From the NCBI GenBank assembly GCA_020631905.1, contig JACKGQ010000001.1, positions 229,854-293,853 on the forward strand: a DNA stretch of 64,000 nt. The letters are read 5' to 3'. This document shows positions 53,668 through 61,938 of the stretch, one piece after another. Under the pieces are notes generated by a model that saw nothing but the letters and a program-made list of their open reading frames with translations, did no database searches and was not told the DNA's origin. The stretch is from Candidatus Nomurabacteria bacterium (GTDB taxonomy: Bacteria; Patescibacteriota; Saccharimonadia; Saccharimonadales; VXPC01). Both the position numbers and the translations under genes were made by a program. Every line of letters begins with the position of its first letter. Positions within the stretch are counted from its first letter, which is position 1.

Positions 53668-53737
53668 GTAAAAAGTTTTACTTACCTACGCAGGCTTGGG
53701 TTGCTATCGTTTTGCCATAAACGAAAGGATAGAAATA

Positions 53738-54610
53738 ATGGCAGTCGAAACAAGATTTCCAAATTCAGATATGAAAGAACGCTGGGAGATTATGAACGAA
53801 GCCCTGCGAGTCTGTACACACTTGGCGATGCGAGCCTTTGCTGAAGGTTACGATTTACAGGTGGAATATAAGCCTGATGGCAGTAAAGTCACCGAGTTAG
53901 ACGTAGCCTTAAACGAGAAGTTGATAGAGCTAATCAAACAACACTTACCCCAGGACACAGTACTAGGCGAAGAAGTAAAGTATCTACCAGCCCAACCTAA
54001 TGGCTTTGTTTGGCTCCACGATCCCATAGATGGAACAAGTGGCTTTGTGCGTAATTCTCGTAATAAAACTCCAGGTCTTTGCACCTCGGCGGGCATGATC
54101 GCACTGATACCTCCTGGACAAAAGCAGCCCTGCATGGCTGGTGTCGATCGAATATCTGACGAGCCAGAAACATATGCACTGAGTGATTGGTCGAATTGGG
54201 GAGTCGACATGCCAGAAGCATACCGGGTCAGAACTGAGGTTGAGTCTTTAGCCCAAGTCGAGCGTTACGACTGGAACCACTGGGACGGCGCTGAACTTGA
54301 TTTAAGAAGGTTAGACGCACATCTGCCAAAGACCGCAAAAAGAATCAAGATTTCTTCGCTAGGAATTATGGCGGGTAGGGTGGCGACTGGCTTGCTCGAC
54401 TTTGCAGTGTTTCCGGGACCTCGCAGCAACCCACATGACTACGTACCGTCAATGTATTTGCTAGACAATAACCCATACGAACCGTGGGTAACCAACTTAG
54501 ACGGAGAGACCATTGTAAACATAGATTGCCTGAGACCAACCAACGGCGTGATACTTGCTAGCTCTCAGCACCTGGGCGCTGAGCTACTAGAGCTATGTGC
54601 TAATTTGTAA
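53738..54610 (+). CDS. inositol monophosphatase family protein (SuhB/CysQ-like)
   Basis: LGEE and WLHDPIDGTSGF motifs. RBS GAAAGGA lies upstream of ATG 53738. Confidence 0.8.
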   Translation: MAVETRFPNSDMKERWEIMNEALRVCTHLAMRAFAEGYDLQVEYKPDGSKVTELDVALNEKLIELIKQHLPQDTVLGEEVKYLPAQPNGFVWLHDPIDGTSGFVRNSRNKTPGLCTSAGMIALIPPGQKQPCMAGVDRISDEPETYALSDWSNWGVDMPEAYRVRTEVESLAQVERYDWNHWDGAELDLRRLDAHLPKTAKRIKISSLGIMAGRVATGLLDFAVFPGPRSNPHDYVPSMYLLDNNPYEPWVTNLDGETIVNIDCLRPTNGVILASSQHLGAELLELCANL

Positions 54611-54699
54611 CGAACACTTTACGAACATGACTTTTTGTGATACAATATAGGCCGACTGATATTAGCAACAAAAACATAACTAACCTATAATAAGAAGCC

Positions 54700-56964
54700 A
54701 TGGCAAAAAAGAAATCTAAAAAGAAATCTGCTGCAAAAAAGAAAGCAGAAGTTACCGAGAAGAAGTCTTCACCACTCCTAAGGCAATCGTTTGCGTTCAT
54801 ATTAATTATTATTGCGCTGTTTGTCTTGTTTGGGAGTTTTGGTCAAGGAGGGGCGCTACCGGTAGGTCTATTTAAGATGTTCTCCTGGCTGGTCGGCTAT
54901 ACTGCCTATATAGTCGTTCCAACGGTGATTGTTTATCTGGCTATCCAGAAGTTTAAGCACGAGGACAATATCATCCCGTTCTCGAAATTAGCCTCTGCGG
55001 TTGTGGCCGTCAGCATGTTAGCAGGGATGCTACACGTCTATGTAGACCGCAAAGACGCCGCCAGTTTAGCTGGCGATGGTTCGTATGGAGGCCAGATTGG
55101 GCATTTTGTTAGCTCAGTTTTACTGACAATGCTTGGTAGTAACACGGCGTTCATATTGCTGGTTGCACTGACTATTATATTTTTCTTATTCACTTTTGGC
55201 GTCTCGCCGAAAAGATTCTTCGGTGCATTTATAAAATTATTCAAACGCACAAAAGCTGAAGACAGCGAAGAGTCAGATGAAGTTACCGATTTAGCTCAGC
55301 TCAAAGGGCATAAGCAAGCCAAGTTTGAACTCCACGAAGGTGTTCCAGTCGAGAATCATCACGATGAACCTGCAGATGGCAAGCGATTATCTAGCTTTAA
55401 GAATAGTGTTGAACAACTCGCCAAAGATGAGAATCATGAGGCCTTAACAATCGCTGCCGACGAAGACTGGCAGTTCCCAAATATTGACTTACTAAACCAA
55501 AAACAAGACAAGGCCGATGCTGGCGATGTCCAGGAGAATGCCGAAATTATCCGAGAAACATTGGCCAATTTCAACATCGATGCCCAGATGGAGGGAGCTA
55601 ACATCGGTCCACGCGTGACCCAATATACACTCCGACCGCCATCAGGCACCAAGCTTACCCGGATCACAGGTCTCGAGAGCAACATCGCTCTCGATTTGGC
55701 GGCTCAGTCGATCCGAATCGAAGCTCCAATTCCAGGTAAGCGAGCGGTTGGTATAGAAGTCCCGAATAAAAAAGCTGCAACTGTACGCTTGAGTGGGGTA
55801 CTGTCTTCTAAAGAATGGGCTGCCGAGAAAAATGGCCTGGCTTTCGCGATTGGTCGAGATATCTCGGGGTCACCAATTGTTGAAAGACTTGAGCAAATGC
55901 CACACTTGTTAATCGCTGGTCAAACAGGCTCCGGTAAATCAGTCATGATCAACAACTTGCTAACCAGCTTGCTTTTCCATAAGAGCCCAAGCCAGATGAA
56001 GCTAATTTTGGTCGATCCTAAACAAGTCGAATTAACTCCTTACAGCGACATACCGCATCTACTCACACCGGTTATCCACGAACCAGAGAAGTGTGTTAGT
56101 GCCCTCAAATGGGCGGTTGCCGAGATGGAGCGTCGCTTACGGGCGTTTGCAGAAGTTAGTAAACGCAACATTGTTGATTACAATAGTCTAAAAACTGATG
56201 CTCAGATGCCTTACATCGTGATTGTTATCGATGAGCTGGCCGACCTTATGATGGTGGCGGCTCGCGATGTCGAGGCGCTAGTTGTTCGACTTGCCCAAAA
56301 AGCCCGTGCTGCCGGTATACACTTGGTACTTGCGACCCAGCGACCAAGTGTTGATGTAATCACCGGTCTTATCAAAGCAAACGTACCTGCCCGAATTGCC
56401 TTCACGACTGCTAGCCAGGTAGATAGCCGCACGATTCTTGACCAAATCGGTGCCGAGAAGTTACTTGGCCTGGGAGATATGTTGTTCACTACGGCAACAA
56501 TGCCAAAGCCAAAACGAGTTCAGGGTGCCTTTATCGGTGACGAAGAAACGGTTAAAGTATGTGATTTCTTGCGCGATCAACGAACTCCGCAGTATGACGA
56601 CGAGGTTGTCAGTATGCCAGTTCAGCTACACGGACGTGGTAGCACTGTCGTGGGTTACGGCGAGGGTACCGATACAGAAGACGACATGTGGCGAGACGCC
56701 GTTCAGGTTGTAATCGACAGCGGCAAAGCTAGTACAAGCTTATTGCAACGACGTCTGCGAATTGGTTATGCCAGGGCAGCCCGAATTATCGAAGCCATGG
56801 AAGAACAGGGCATAATCGGCCAGGCAGATGGTTCACGTCCGCGTGATGTGCTCGTAAGCAGTGCCGATGATGTATTTGGCGGCGGTGGGTCACACGAGTT
56901 CGATGATTTTAACGAACCCAGTGTCAACGATGATGGTGAACAAATCGATGTTCATGTTGGCTAA
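54700..56964 (+). CDS. ftsK: DNA translocase FtsK
   Basis: N-terminal TM helices, Walker A GQTGSGKS, Walker B VIVIDELADL and a gamma domain (LLQRRLRIGYARAARIIEAME). Confidence 0.95.
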   Translation: MAKKKSKKKSAAKKKAEVTEKKSSPLLRQSFAFILIIIALFVLFGSFGQGGALPVGLFKMFSWLVGYTAYIVVPTVIVYLAIQKFKHEDNIIPFSKLASAVVAVSMLAGMLHVYVDRKDAASLAGDGSYGGQIGHFVSSVLLTMLGSNTAFILLVALTIIFFLFTFGVSPKRFFGAFIKLFKRTKAEDSEESDEVTDLAQLKGHKQAKFELHEGVPVENHHDEPADGKRLSSFKNSVEQLAKDENHEALTIAADEDWQFPNIDLLNQKQDKADAGDVQENAEIIRETLANFNIDAQMEGANIGPRVTQYTLRPPSGTKLTRITGLESNIALDLAAQSIRIEAPIPGKRAVGIEVPNKKAATVRLSGVLSSKEWAAEKNGLAFAIGRDISGSPIVERLEQMPHLLIAGQTGSGKSVMINNLLTSLLFHKSPSQMKLILVDPKQVELTPYSDIPHLLTPVIHEPEKCVSALKWAVAEMERRLRAFAEVSKRNIVDYNSLKTDAQMPYIVIVIDELADLMMVAARDVEALVVRLAQKARAAGIHLVLATQRPSVDVITGLIKANVPARIAFTTASQVDSRTILDQIGAEKLLGLGDMLFTTATMPKPKRVQGAFIGDEETVKVCDFLRDQRTPQYDDEVVSMPVQLHGRGSTVVGYGEGTDTEDDMWRDAVQVVIDSGKASTSLLQRRLRIGYARAARIIEAMEEQGIIGQADGSRPRDVLVSSADDVFGGGGSHEFDDFNEPSVNDDGEQIDVHVG

Positions 56965-57026
56965 ATCTTAGTCTATATTGCAAGTGGTGTATCAACGGAG
57001 TATGCTGGCCTTTAGAGGCACGCACG

Positions 57027-57800
57027 ATGCAAGACACCAGAATAGAAGCACCACTCGATAAATACAAAATGCCACTGCCGGTAATTACGCCAGCTTATAT
57101 TGCTCGAACACTAGGGCGTTCAGGCGTGGATGGGCATCATTCAAATTTTAACCGGCGTCGAGCAGAGCTAAATACGCCTGGTGGTCGGGCGCTACGAGCG
57201 CTTAGGGTTCAAGATATTCTAGTGCCTGTGCATCGTCGATTTAACGAAGTTTGTCGACAACCAGACTTAAGTTTTCTTGATCACCCCATACCGGGGCAAC
57301 CAGTGTTTGAGCGAGTCCCGCTTTACCACGCCGCCTATATTCCAACTCACGGCATAAACCCATATGCTGATGATCCAAGCAAATTCGTCAGTCTCAGTCC
57401 TAAGCAGCGCGCTTTGCTCGGTGAAGACGTAGAGCTCGAAGGCAGATTCGACCGAGACAACAGATACGTCCTATCTGAGCATATCGGTAATTTTATGTTT
57501 GGCTTTATGCTTGATAATTTTACCGACGAAACTGATCTAGAAAATGTGTCCGCCTTAAGTCTCAAGAAAGCCAAACAAGCTAGATTAATCCGAGAAATTA
57601 TGAAGCGTGTGGTTGGAGATGCTGCAGCATTGGCTCAGCCAATGTATAAGCGGGCTAGGCTTGATCGCCGAACGACTCGTATGCGTCACTGCATACACGC
57701 AGTCGAAGTCTTAGTTGATTTACTCGACAGGGCTTATGTCAATCGTAGCGCAGAAGATGTTTTTGGTTTCGAACTCAAAGCACGGGCTGGGTTGAGTTAA
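57027..57800 (+). CDS. hypothetical protein (257 aa)
   Basis: Long ORF with protein-like composition. No motif recognised. Confidence 0.55.
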   Translation: MQDTRIEAPLDKYKMPLPVITPAYIARTLGRSGVDGHHSNFNRRRAELNTPGGRALRALRVQDILVPVHRRFNEVCRQPDLSFLDHPIPGQPVFERVPLYHAAYIPTHGINPYADDPSKFVSLSPKQRALLGEDVELEGRFDRDNRYVLSEHIGNFMFGFMLDNFTDETDLENVSALSLKKAKQARLIREIMKRVVGDAAALAQPMYKRARLDRRTTRMRHCIHAVEVLVDLLDRAYVNRSAEDVFGFELKARAGLS

Positions 57801-57835
57801 TCAGATATATTCAAGCTCACTTAAAAGAATAAATG

Positions 57836-57862
57836 GAAAAGCCCGGATAAAGTATCCGGGCT
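57836..57862 (-). terminator. 10-bp hairpin terminator (U-run on the minus strand)
   Basis: AGCCCGGATA-(AAG/CTT)-TATCCGGGCT at 57840-57862. On the minus strand it is followed by TTTTCC. It also sits after the + strand ORF 57027-57800. Confidence 0.7.
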
Positions 57863-58319
57863 GGGTAGTCTTTTTACGAGCATACCCGAAGGCTCGACTG
57901 GGATAGCATCTCTTTTCTTCGAGATGTTGACCATTTTTAGGCGGTTGCAAGCGGTTAAACGCGCTTCGGCCTAAAAAGGTGAGGTCTCTCAGTGTAACCT
58001 CAGCGAACCTGTGGAACGTGTCACTAGGGCTATTGCCACCGGACTTGCGTCCAGTATCTACGTTCCAAGGTGTGCGCCGCCTATCCGGTAAGGTCCTGGC
58101 GTCGGCCTCAGCGTTGCATGCAGTAGCCCATTCGGGCTAAAGGCTTCGCATCTTGGTCGGGGCCATGCTTTCGAAGCGCACAAAATTCTTGCCGAGTTAC
58201 CCCTCGGCAGGGTGGAGGCGTTACAGCTACTCGTAGCCGAAAGCCTTCTGCAGCCAGCGTAGCTGGGCTGCAATCATCTCTCCCCCCTTTCGATAGACGT
58301 AGGAATTTGGATGATGACA
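57836..58319 (-). ncRNA. candidate large structured ncRNA, class unassigned
   Basis: Minus-strand promoter at 58326-58354 and terminator at 57836-57862. The ~480 nt between have no plausible ORF but many perfect helices: 9-bp 57934-57942/57969-57977, 7-bp 58013-58019/58060-58066, and GGAC-GCAA-GTCC at 58041-58052. Confidence 0.55.
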
Positions 58320-58325
58320 AGACAT

Positions 58326-58354
58326 ATAGTAACATAACATAGAAAAATAGTCAA
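58326..58354 (-). promoter_or_regulatory. promoter TTGACT-N17-TACTAT (minus strand)
   Basis: Reverse complement of 58349-58354 is TTGACT. A 17-nt spacer follows. Reverse complement of 58326-58331 is TACTAT. Confidence 0.6.
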
Positions 58355-58379
58355 TATATTTTTAAAGATTGCAAAACAT

Positions 58380-58408
58380 TTGCATGCGACCACTGTTAGT
58401 GATACAAT
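58380..58408 (+). promoter_or_regulatory. rpsF operon promoter TTGCAT-N17-TACAAT
   Basis: TTGCAT at 58380-58385 and TACAAT at 58403-58408. Divergent from the ncRNA promoter. Confidence 0.6.
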
Positions 58409-58473
58409 TTCACACGCAAACTTCAGCTTGTGGCTCAAAGTGCACAGGCATTAACCAAAGGAAGGAGTCTTTA

Positions 58474-58848
58474 GTGGATACATACGAAGTTGCGGTTTTG
58501 TACCATCCCGATCTCGAGCTTGACCTCGACAAAGGTGCAACCAAAGTTAAACAAATAATTAGCGACGCCGGCGGCAAATTAGTTGCCGAAGATGTCTGGG
58601 GGAAGCGCAAGCTAGCTTACCGAATCGCCGGTAACGAGCACGCGGTTTATGCCTTTTACGAGGTGCAGATGCCTGGTACAGCGATTGCCAAGATAGAGGC
58701 TAGTCTGAATATCACCGACGAAGTGATCCGTTTTTTGATATCAAAGAACGACACCGAAGCAGTCGAAAAGGCCCGAATTTTTAAAGAAAAACGCAAGCGT
58801 GAAGAGTCTGACGACGAACAAAAAGCAGAAGATAACAACGACAACTAA
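58474..58848 (+). CDS. rpsF: 30S ribosomal protein S6 with acidic tail
   Basis: GTG start after AAGGAAGGAG. YEVAVLYHPDLE...WGKRKLAYRI. The track ORF extends further upstream (TTG 58369). Confidence 0.9.
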   Translation: MDTYEVAVLYHPDLELDLDKGATKVKQIISDAGGKLVAEDVWGKRKLAYRIAGNEHAVYAFYEVQMPGTAIAKIEASLNITDEVIRFLISKNDTEAVEKARIFKEKRKREESDDEQKAEDNNDN

Positions 58849-58974
58849 CTTTTAAGAATGGAAAGGAGGCTTCGCTAGCAGAGGGAAAAGAGCAGCCGGA
58901 AGTTTGGATTCATTCCAAACACCGCGCGCCGAGAAAAACCGTAGGTTTGTCTTGGATAGCGAAGCGAAAATAGT

Positions 58975-59436
58975 ATGGCGAGAAGTTTTAACCAGGTAAC
59001 ATTAATGGGCAACCTGACTCGGGATCCAGAGCTACGCTCAACCCCAGGCGGCCAAAGCGTTTGCAGCTTTAGTCTAGCGCTTAATCGCAGCTACAAAGAC
59101 AACAGTAGTGGTGAGTGGAAAGAAGCCACCGACTTTGTCGATGTTACTGCATGGGCTGGTCTCGCTGAGCGAGTGGCTCAGTATTGCCAAAAAGGTAAAC
59201 AAGTACTTGTGAGCGGTCGTTTACAGTCGAGCTCTTGGGAGCAAGACGGTGCTAAGCGTAGCAAGGTAGAGGTTGTAGCTAACGATGTAACCTTCTTGGG
59301 TGGCGGTGGCCAGTCTGAAGATGGTGGAGCGGGTGGTGGCGCTAGCCAGGCTCGATCTAGCAAGCCAACCGACGAAGATGTAGTCATCAACGACGTCCCC
59401 GACGGCGAGATCGACCTCAGCGAGATACCCTTTTAG
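58975..59436 (+). CDS. ssb: single-stranded DNA-binding protein
   Basis: OB-fold N-terminus (NQVTLMGNLTRDPELR), Gly-rich linker and acidic tip DLSEIPF. Confidence 0.95.
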   Translation: MARSFNQVTLMGNLTRDPELRSTPGGQSVCSFSLALNRSYKDNSSGEWKEATDFVDVTAWAGLAERVAQYCQKGKQVLVSGRLQSSSWEQDGAKRSKVEVVANDVTFLGGGGQSEDGGAGGGASQARSSKPTDEDVVINDVPDGEIDLSEIPF

Positions 59437-59472
59437 TAAGTAAAATCTAAACACGGTGGATTAAGGAAATAC

Positions 59473-59751
59473 ATGAGCGAACACGAGAATTTAATATGTG
59501 TCGAAGGCAAAAGGTGCTCGAACTGTCCATTTGTGGGTAATGTTGCCGTGAAAGCAGTTATCGTTGATCGTCGTGATGGTTCGTTAACAGTTGACTATGT
59601 CGACGGCACCGAACCGGCACCTGAAAGAGATCAAGCTGATTCTGCGAATGCTAAGGATGCAAAGATGCTGATTCGTTTTGGTGTATGCTCGAGCCATGGC
59701 TCATGGGACACTGAAAAATACAGCGAACTAAATGAAAATATGATGGGCTAA
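59473..59751 (+). CDS. hypothetical protein (92 aa) inserted between ssb and rpsR
   Basis: ATG ORF with a CxxC-containing N-terminus (CVEGKRCSNCPF). No family recognised. Confidence 0.45.
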   Translation: MSEHENLICVEGKRCSNCPFVGNVAVKAVIVDRRDGSLTVDYVDGTEPAPERDQADSANAKDAKMLIRFGVCSSHGSWDTEKYSELNENMMG

Positions 59752-59782
59752 ATAACTAGAATTAAATTAAGAAAGGAGATGA

Positions 59783-59824
59783 GGCTCTAGCTCTATGAAC
59801 TTAGAACTATGAACTCAGAACTAA
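59783..59824 (+). repeat. heptanucleotide tandem array (GAACTNA-like, 6 units) in the rpsR 5' UTR
   Basis: GGCTCTA GCTCTAT GAACTTA GAACTAT GAACTCA GAACTAA, ending 3 nt before ATG 59828. Confidence 0.85.
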
Positions 59825-59827
59825 AAC

Positions 59828-60040
59828 ATGAAAGATGCTAAGAAAATTAAAAGTGATCACACTGGGTCAATCTATTTCGACCACAAAGACGTCAAAGCGT
59901 TACAGCGCTTTACCGACCAGTTTGGTCAGATACACCCACGCAAAAAGACAGGGCTAACAGAGATGCAGCAGCGTCGATTAAGCCGTGCAGTTAAGCGGGC
60001 TAGGCACCTAGCACTATTACCATTCGTTTCACGAGGATAG
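59828..60040 (+). CDS. rpsR: 30S ribosomal protein S18
   Basis: 70 aa. RRLSRAVKRARHLALLPF. Confidence 0.92.
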   Translation: MKDAKKIKSDHTGSIYFDHKDVKALQRFTDQFGQIHPRKKTGLTEMQQRRLSRAVKRARHLALLPFVSRG

Positions 60041-60044
60041 ATCG

Positions 60045-60602
60045 ATGAATCCAACAGATTTAAAAAAGGGTACACTTTTTACACTCGACGGCGAGCCTTA
60101 TCAATCGATCGAATATCGGCAAAAGGTGATGGGACGAGGTAGTAGTGTAGTGACTGTTCGTGGACGGAGCCTAAAAGATGGCCGAATTATCGAGAAGACA
60201 TTCCGAGGCAGCGAAGATTTAGGCTACGCTGACATTGCCAAGCAAAATGCTCAATACTTGTACGCTGACGACTCGACACTCTACTTCATGAATGAAGATA
60301 ATTACGAGCAGATAGAGCTCAGCCGTGAGATGGTTGGCGATTACGCCAGCTACCTCAAAGAAGGTTCACGCGTAATTGTCCAGTTTTTTGAGGGTCAACC
60401 GATTACAGTGGAGTTGCCAAAAAATGTCTGGCTGCAAGTTGAGTATACCGAGCCAGCTGTCAAAGGCGATACCAGTAGCAGCGTTCAAAAAGATGCCAAA
60501 CTAGAGACTGGTTTGGTTATTAAGGTGCCAATATTTATCAAAACCGGCGACGTGATCTCGGTAGATACCGAAACTGGCGCTTACCGCGAACGTCAGAAAT
60601 AA
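60045..60602 (+). CDS. efp: elongation factor P
   Basis: 185 aa. LDGEPYQ...EPAVKGDT...KVPIFIKTGDVISVDTETGAYRER. The loop tip is Arg (MGRGSS). Confidence 0.95.
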   Translation: MNPTDLKKGTLFTLDGEPYQSIEYRQKVMGRGSSVVTVRGRSLKDGRIIEKTFRGSEDLGYADIAKQNAQYLYADDSTLYFMNEDNYEQIELSREMVGDYASYLKEGSRVIVQFFEGQPITVELPKNVWLQVEYTEPAVKGDTSSSVQKDAKLETGLVIKVPIFIKTGDVISVDTETGAYRERQK

Positions 60603-60623
60603 ACAGGTTCGAGGATAGCGCAG

Positions 60624-61175
60624 ATGCCCCTGCATAAATATTTGGAAACTGGTGCAAGCACAGCAGGTTTTGAACCAGCCAATGAGTTGATGGTGTTAGT
60701 GCCTCTGGCCAAATTTCCAGATGAGTTTGGTGGTGATAACCAGCCTTGGCCGCGGCATATCACGGTCTTGGCACCAGCCAAGATTCCTGCCGAGCAGCAA
60801 CTAACAGCAATTGGAGTAGTGGCCGAAGTGGCCCATGCAAATCTTGCTAGTGTTATCCAGTTCGGTGAATCCGAAGATTTCTCTGGCTCAGATGCTCAGC
60901 CGGTTGCAGTTGAGCGCGCCAGATTAAGGTTGCTTCATATAGATTTGCTCCAAGCACTCAAGAATGCCGGTGTAGACTGGCCAATCGGCGAGTGGGCCGG
61001 GGCATTTTATAACCCTCACTCCAGTGGTCAGCGAGAGATAGACCCAGCGCTAACGATACCTGTCTGGACACTGATGGTGATTGGTAAATACGCACTCGAG
61101 CAAGGCGGCTCGACTAAGCGAGTCTTAGACGCTTCGCGGATGCAATGGCCAGAAAGTCAGGCCTCTAGATTATGA
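60624..61175 (+). CDS. hypothetical protein (possible 2H phosphoesterase-like)
   Basis: RHITVLAP and NPHSSG could be the two HxT/S motifs of the 2H fold. The evidence is weak. Confidence 0.35.
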   Translation: MPLHKYLETGASTAGFEPANELMVLVPLAKFPDEFGGDNQPWPRHITVLAPAKIPAEQQLTAIGVVAEVAHANLASVIQFGESEDFSGSDAQPVAVERARLRLLHIDLLQALKNAGVDWPIGEWAGAFYNPHSSGQREIDPALTIPVWTLMVIGKYALEQGGSTKRVLDASRMQWPESQASRL

Positions 61176-61888
61176 GACTAGACGAATATCTAGTGTATAA
61201 AAAACTTGTTGACTCGCGGTCGCAGGCTCAAGACCTGATCAAACGCGGTAAAGTTCGAGTCGACACAAAGTTTATTGCTAAGCCAGCTTGGCGAGTGAAT
61301 GGCAACGAACGGGTTCAGCTTACCGAAAAAGACAAGTTTGTTTCTCGCGCAGGCCATAAACTAGCATCTGTAGTCGAGGCATTTAAACTCGATTTTAAGA
61401 ATAAAATTGTGCTCGATGTCGGCAGTAGCACGGGCGGTTTCACCGAGTTAGTCCTCAAGGCTGGCGCCAAAAAGGTGATTGCTGTCGATGTTGGTAGCAA
61501 TCAAATGCGGCCACACTTAGCGACAGACCCACGGGTAGACCTGCGCGAGAAAACAGACATTCGAGATGTGCGGCTATCAGAGCTCGAACTGCCAGACTTG
61601 GTTGTGGCCGATGTGTCATTCATTAGTCTGACGAAAATTCTGCCATCGCTAAAACAGAACCTAAAGTCCACCACCATCTTGGCGGTGATGGTTAAACCTC
61701 AGTTTGAGTCCGAGGGCTATAAATTAAATGATGGTGTGGTTAAAAATAGCAAACAACGCCGGGAGATTTTAGAGCGTTTTGAGTTGTGGCTAAATCAGAA
61801 TCGCTGGTTAATCCTTGGCAAGCGCGACTCTGGTCTGGCTGGCAGCAAAGGTAACTTAGAGCGATTTTATCTTTTAAGGCAAGCCTAA
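61172..61888 (+). CDS. tlyA: TlyA family rRNA (cytidine-2'-O)-methyltransferase
   Basis: N-terminal S4 domain (RLDEYLV) and the SAM motif VLDVGSSTGGFT. Confidence 0.9.
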   Translation: MRLDEYLVYKKLVDSRSQAQDLIKRGKVRVDTKFIAKPAWRVNGNERVQLTEKDKFVSRAGHKLASVVEAFKLDFKNKIVLDVGSSTGGFTELVLKAGAKKVIAVDVGSNQMRPHLATDPRVDLREKTDIRDVRLSELELPDLVVADVSFISLTKILPSLKQNLKSTTILAVMVKPQFESEGYKLNDGVVKNSKQRREILERFELWLNQNRWLILGKRDSGLAGSKGNLERFYLLRQA

Positions 61889-61938
61889 AAGACTCATCTT
61901 GCTTTGTTCTCGTTACTTAAATCTTTATACTATTAAGC

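Noticed and set aside
46271-58052. Shared 10-mer TGGACGCAAG (and 9-mer CCCTAGTGA) between the two ncRNA candidates as evidence that they are homologous.
   Set aside because: The two shared strings imply opposite relative orientations. Matches of this length are also roughly what chance predicts between two ~500-nt sequences compared on both strands.
57836-58335. Assigning the two structured loci to RNase P RNA, tmRNA or SRP RNA.
   Set aside because: - **RNase P:** strings resembling the P4 motif (CGCAAGTCCGG at 58041-58052 on the minus strand; GGCAAGTCCGGC at 46045-46056 on the minus strand) sit inside self-contained local hairpins. Too little sequence lies downstream for an S-domain. I found no ACAGAA..CCGGCUUA.
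- **tmRNA:** no GGGG...UUCGAC 5' end, no T-arm plus CCACCA 3' end and no Ala-rich tag ORF.
- **SRP:** no GGAAGCAGC.

This rejection is by eye only and needs cmscan.
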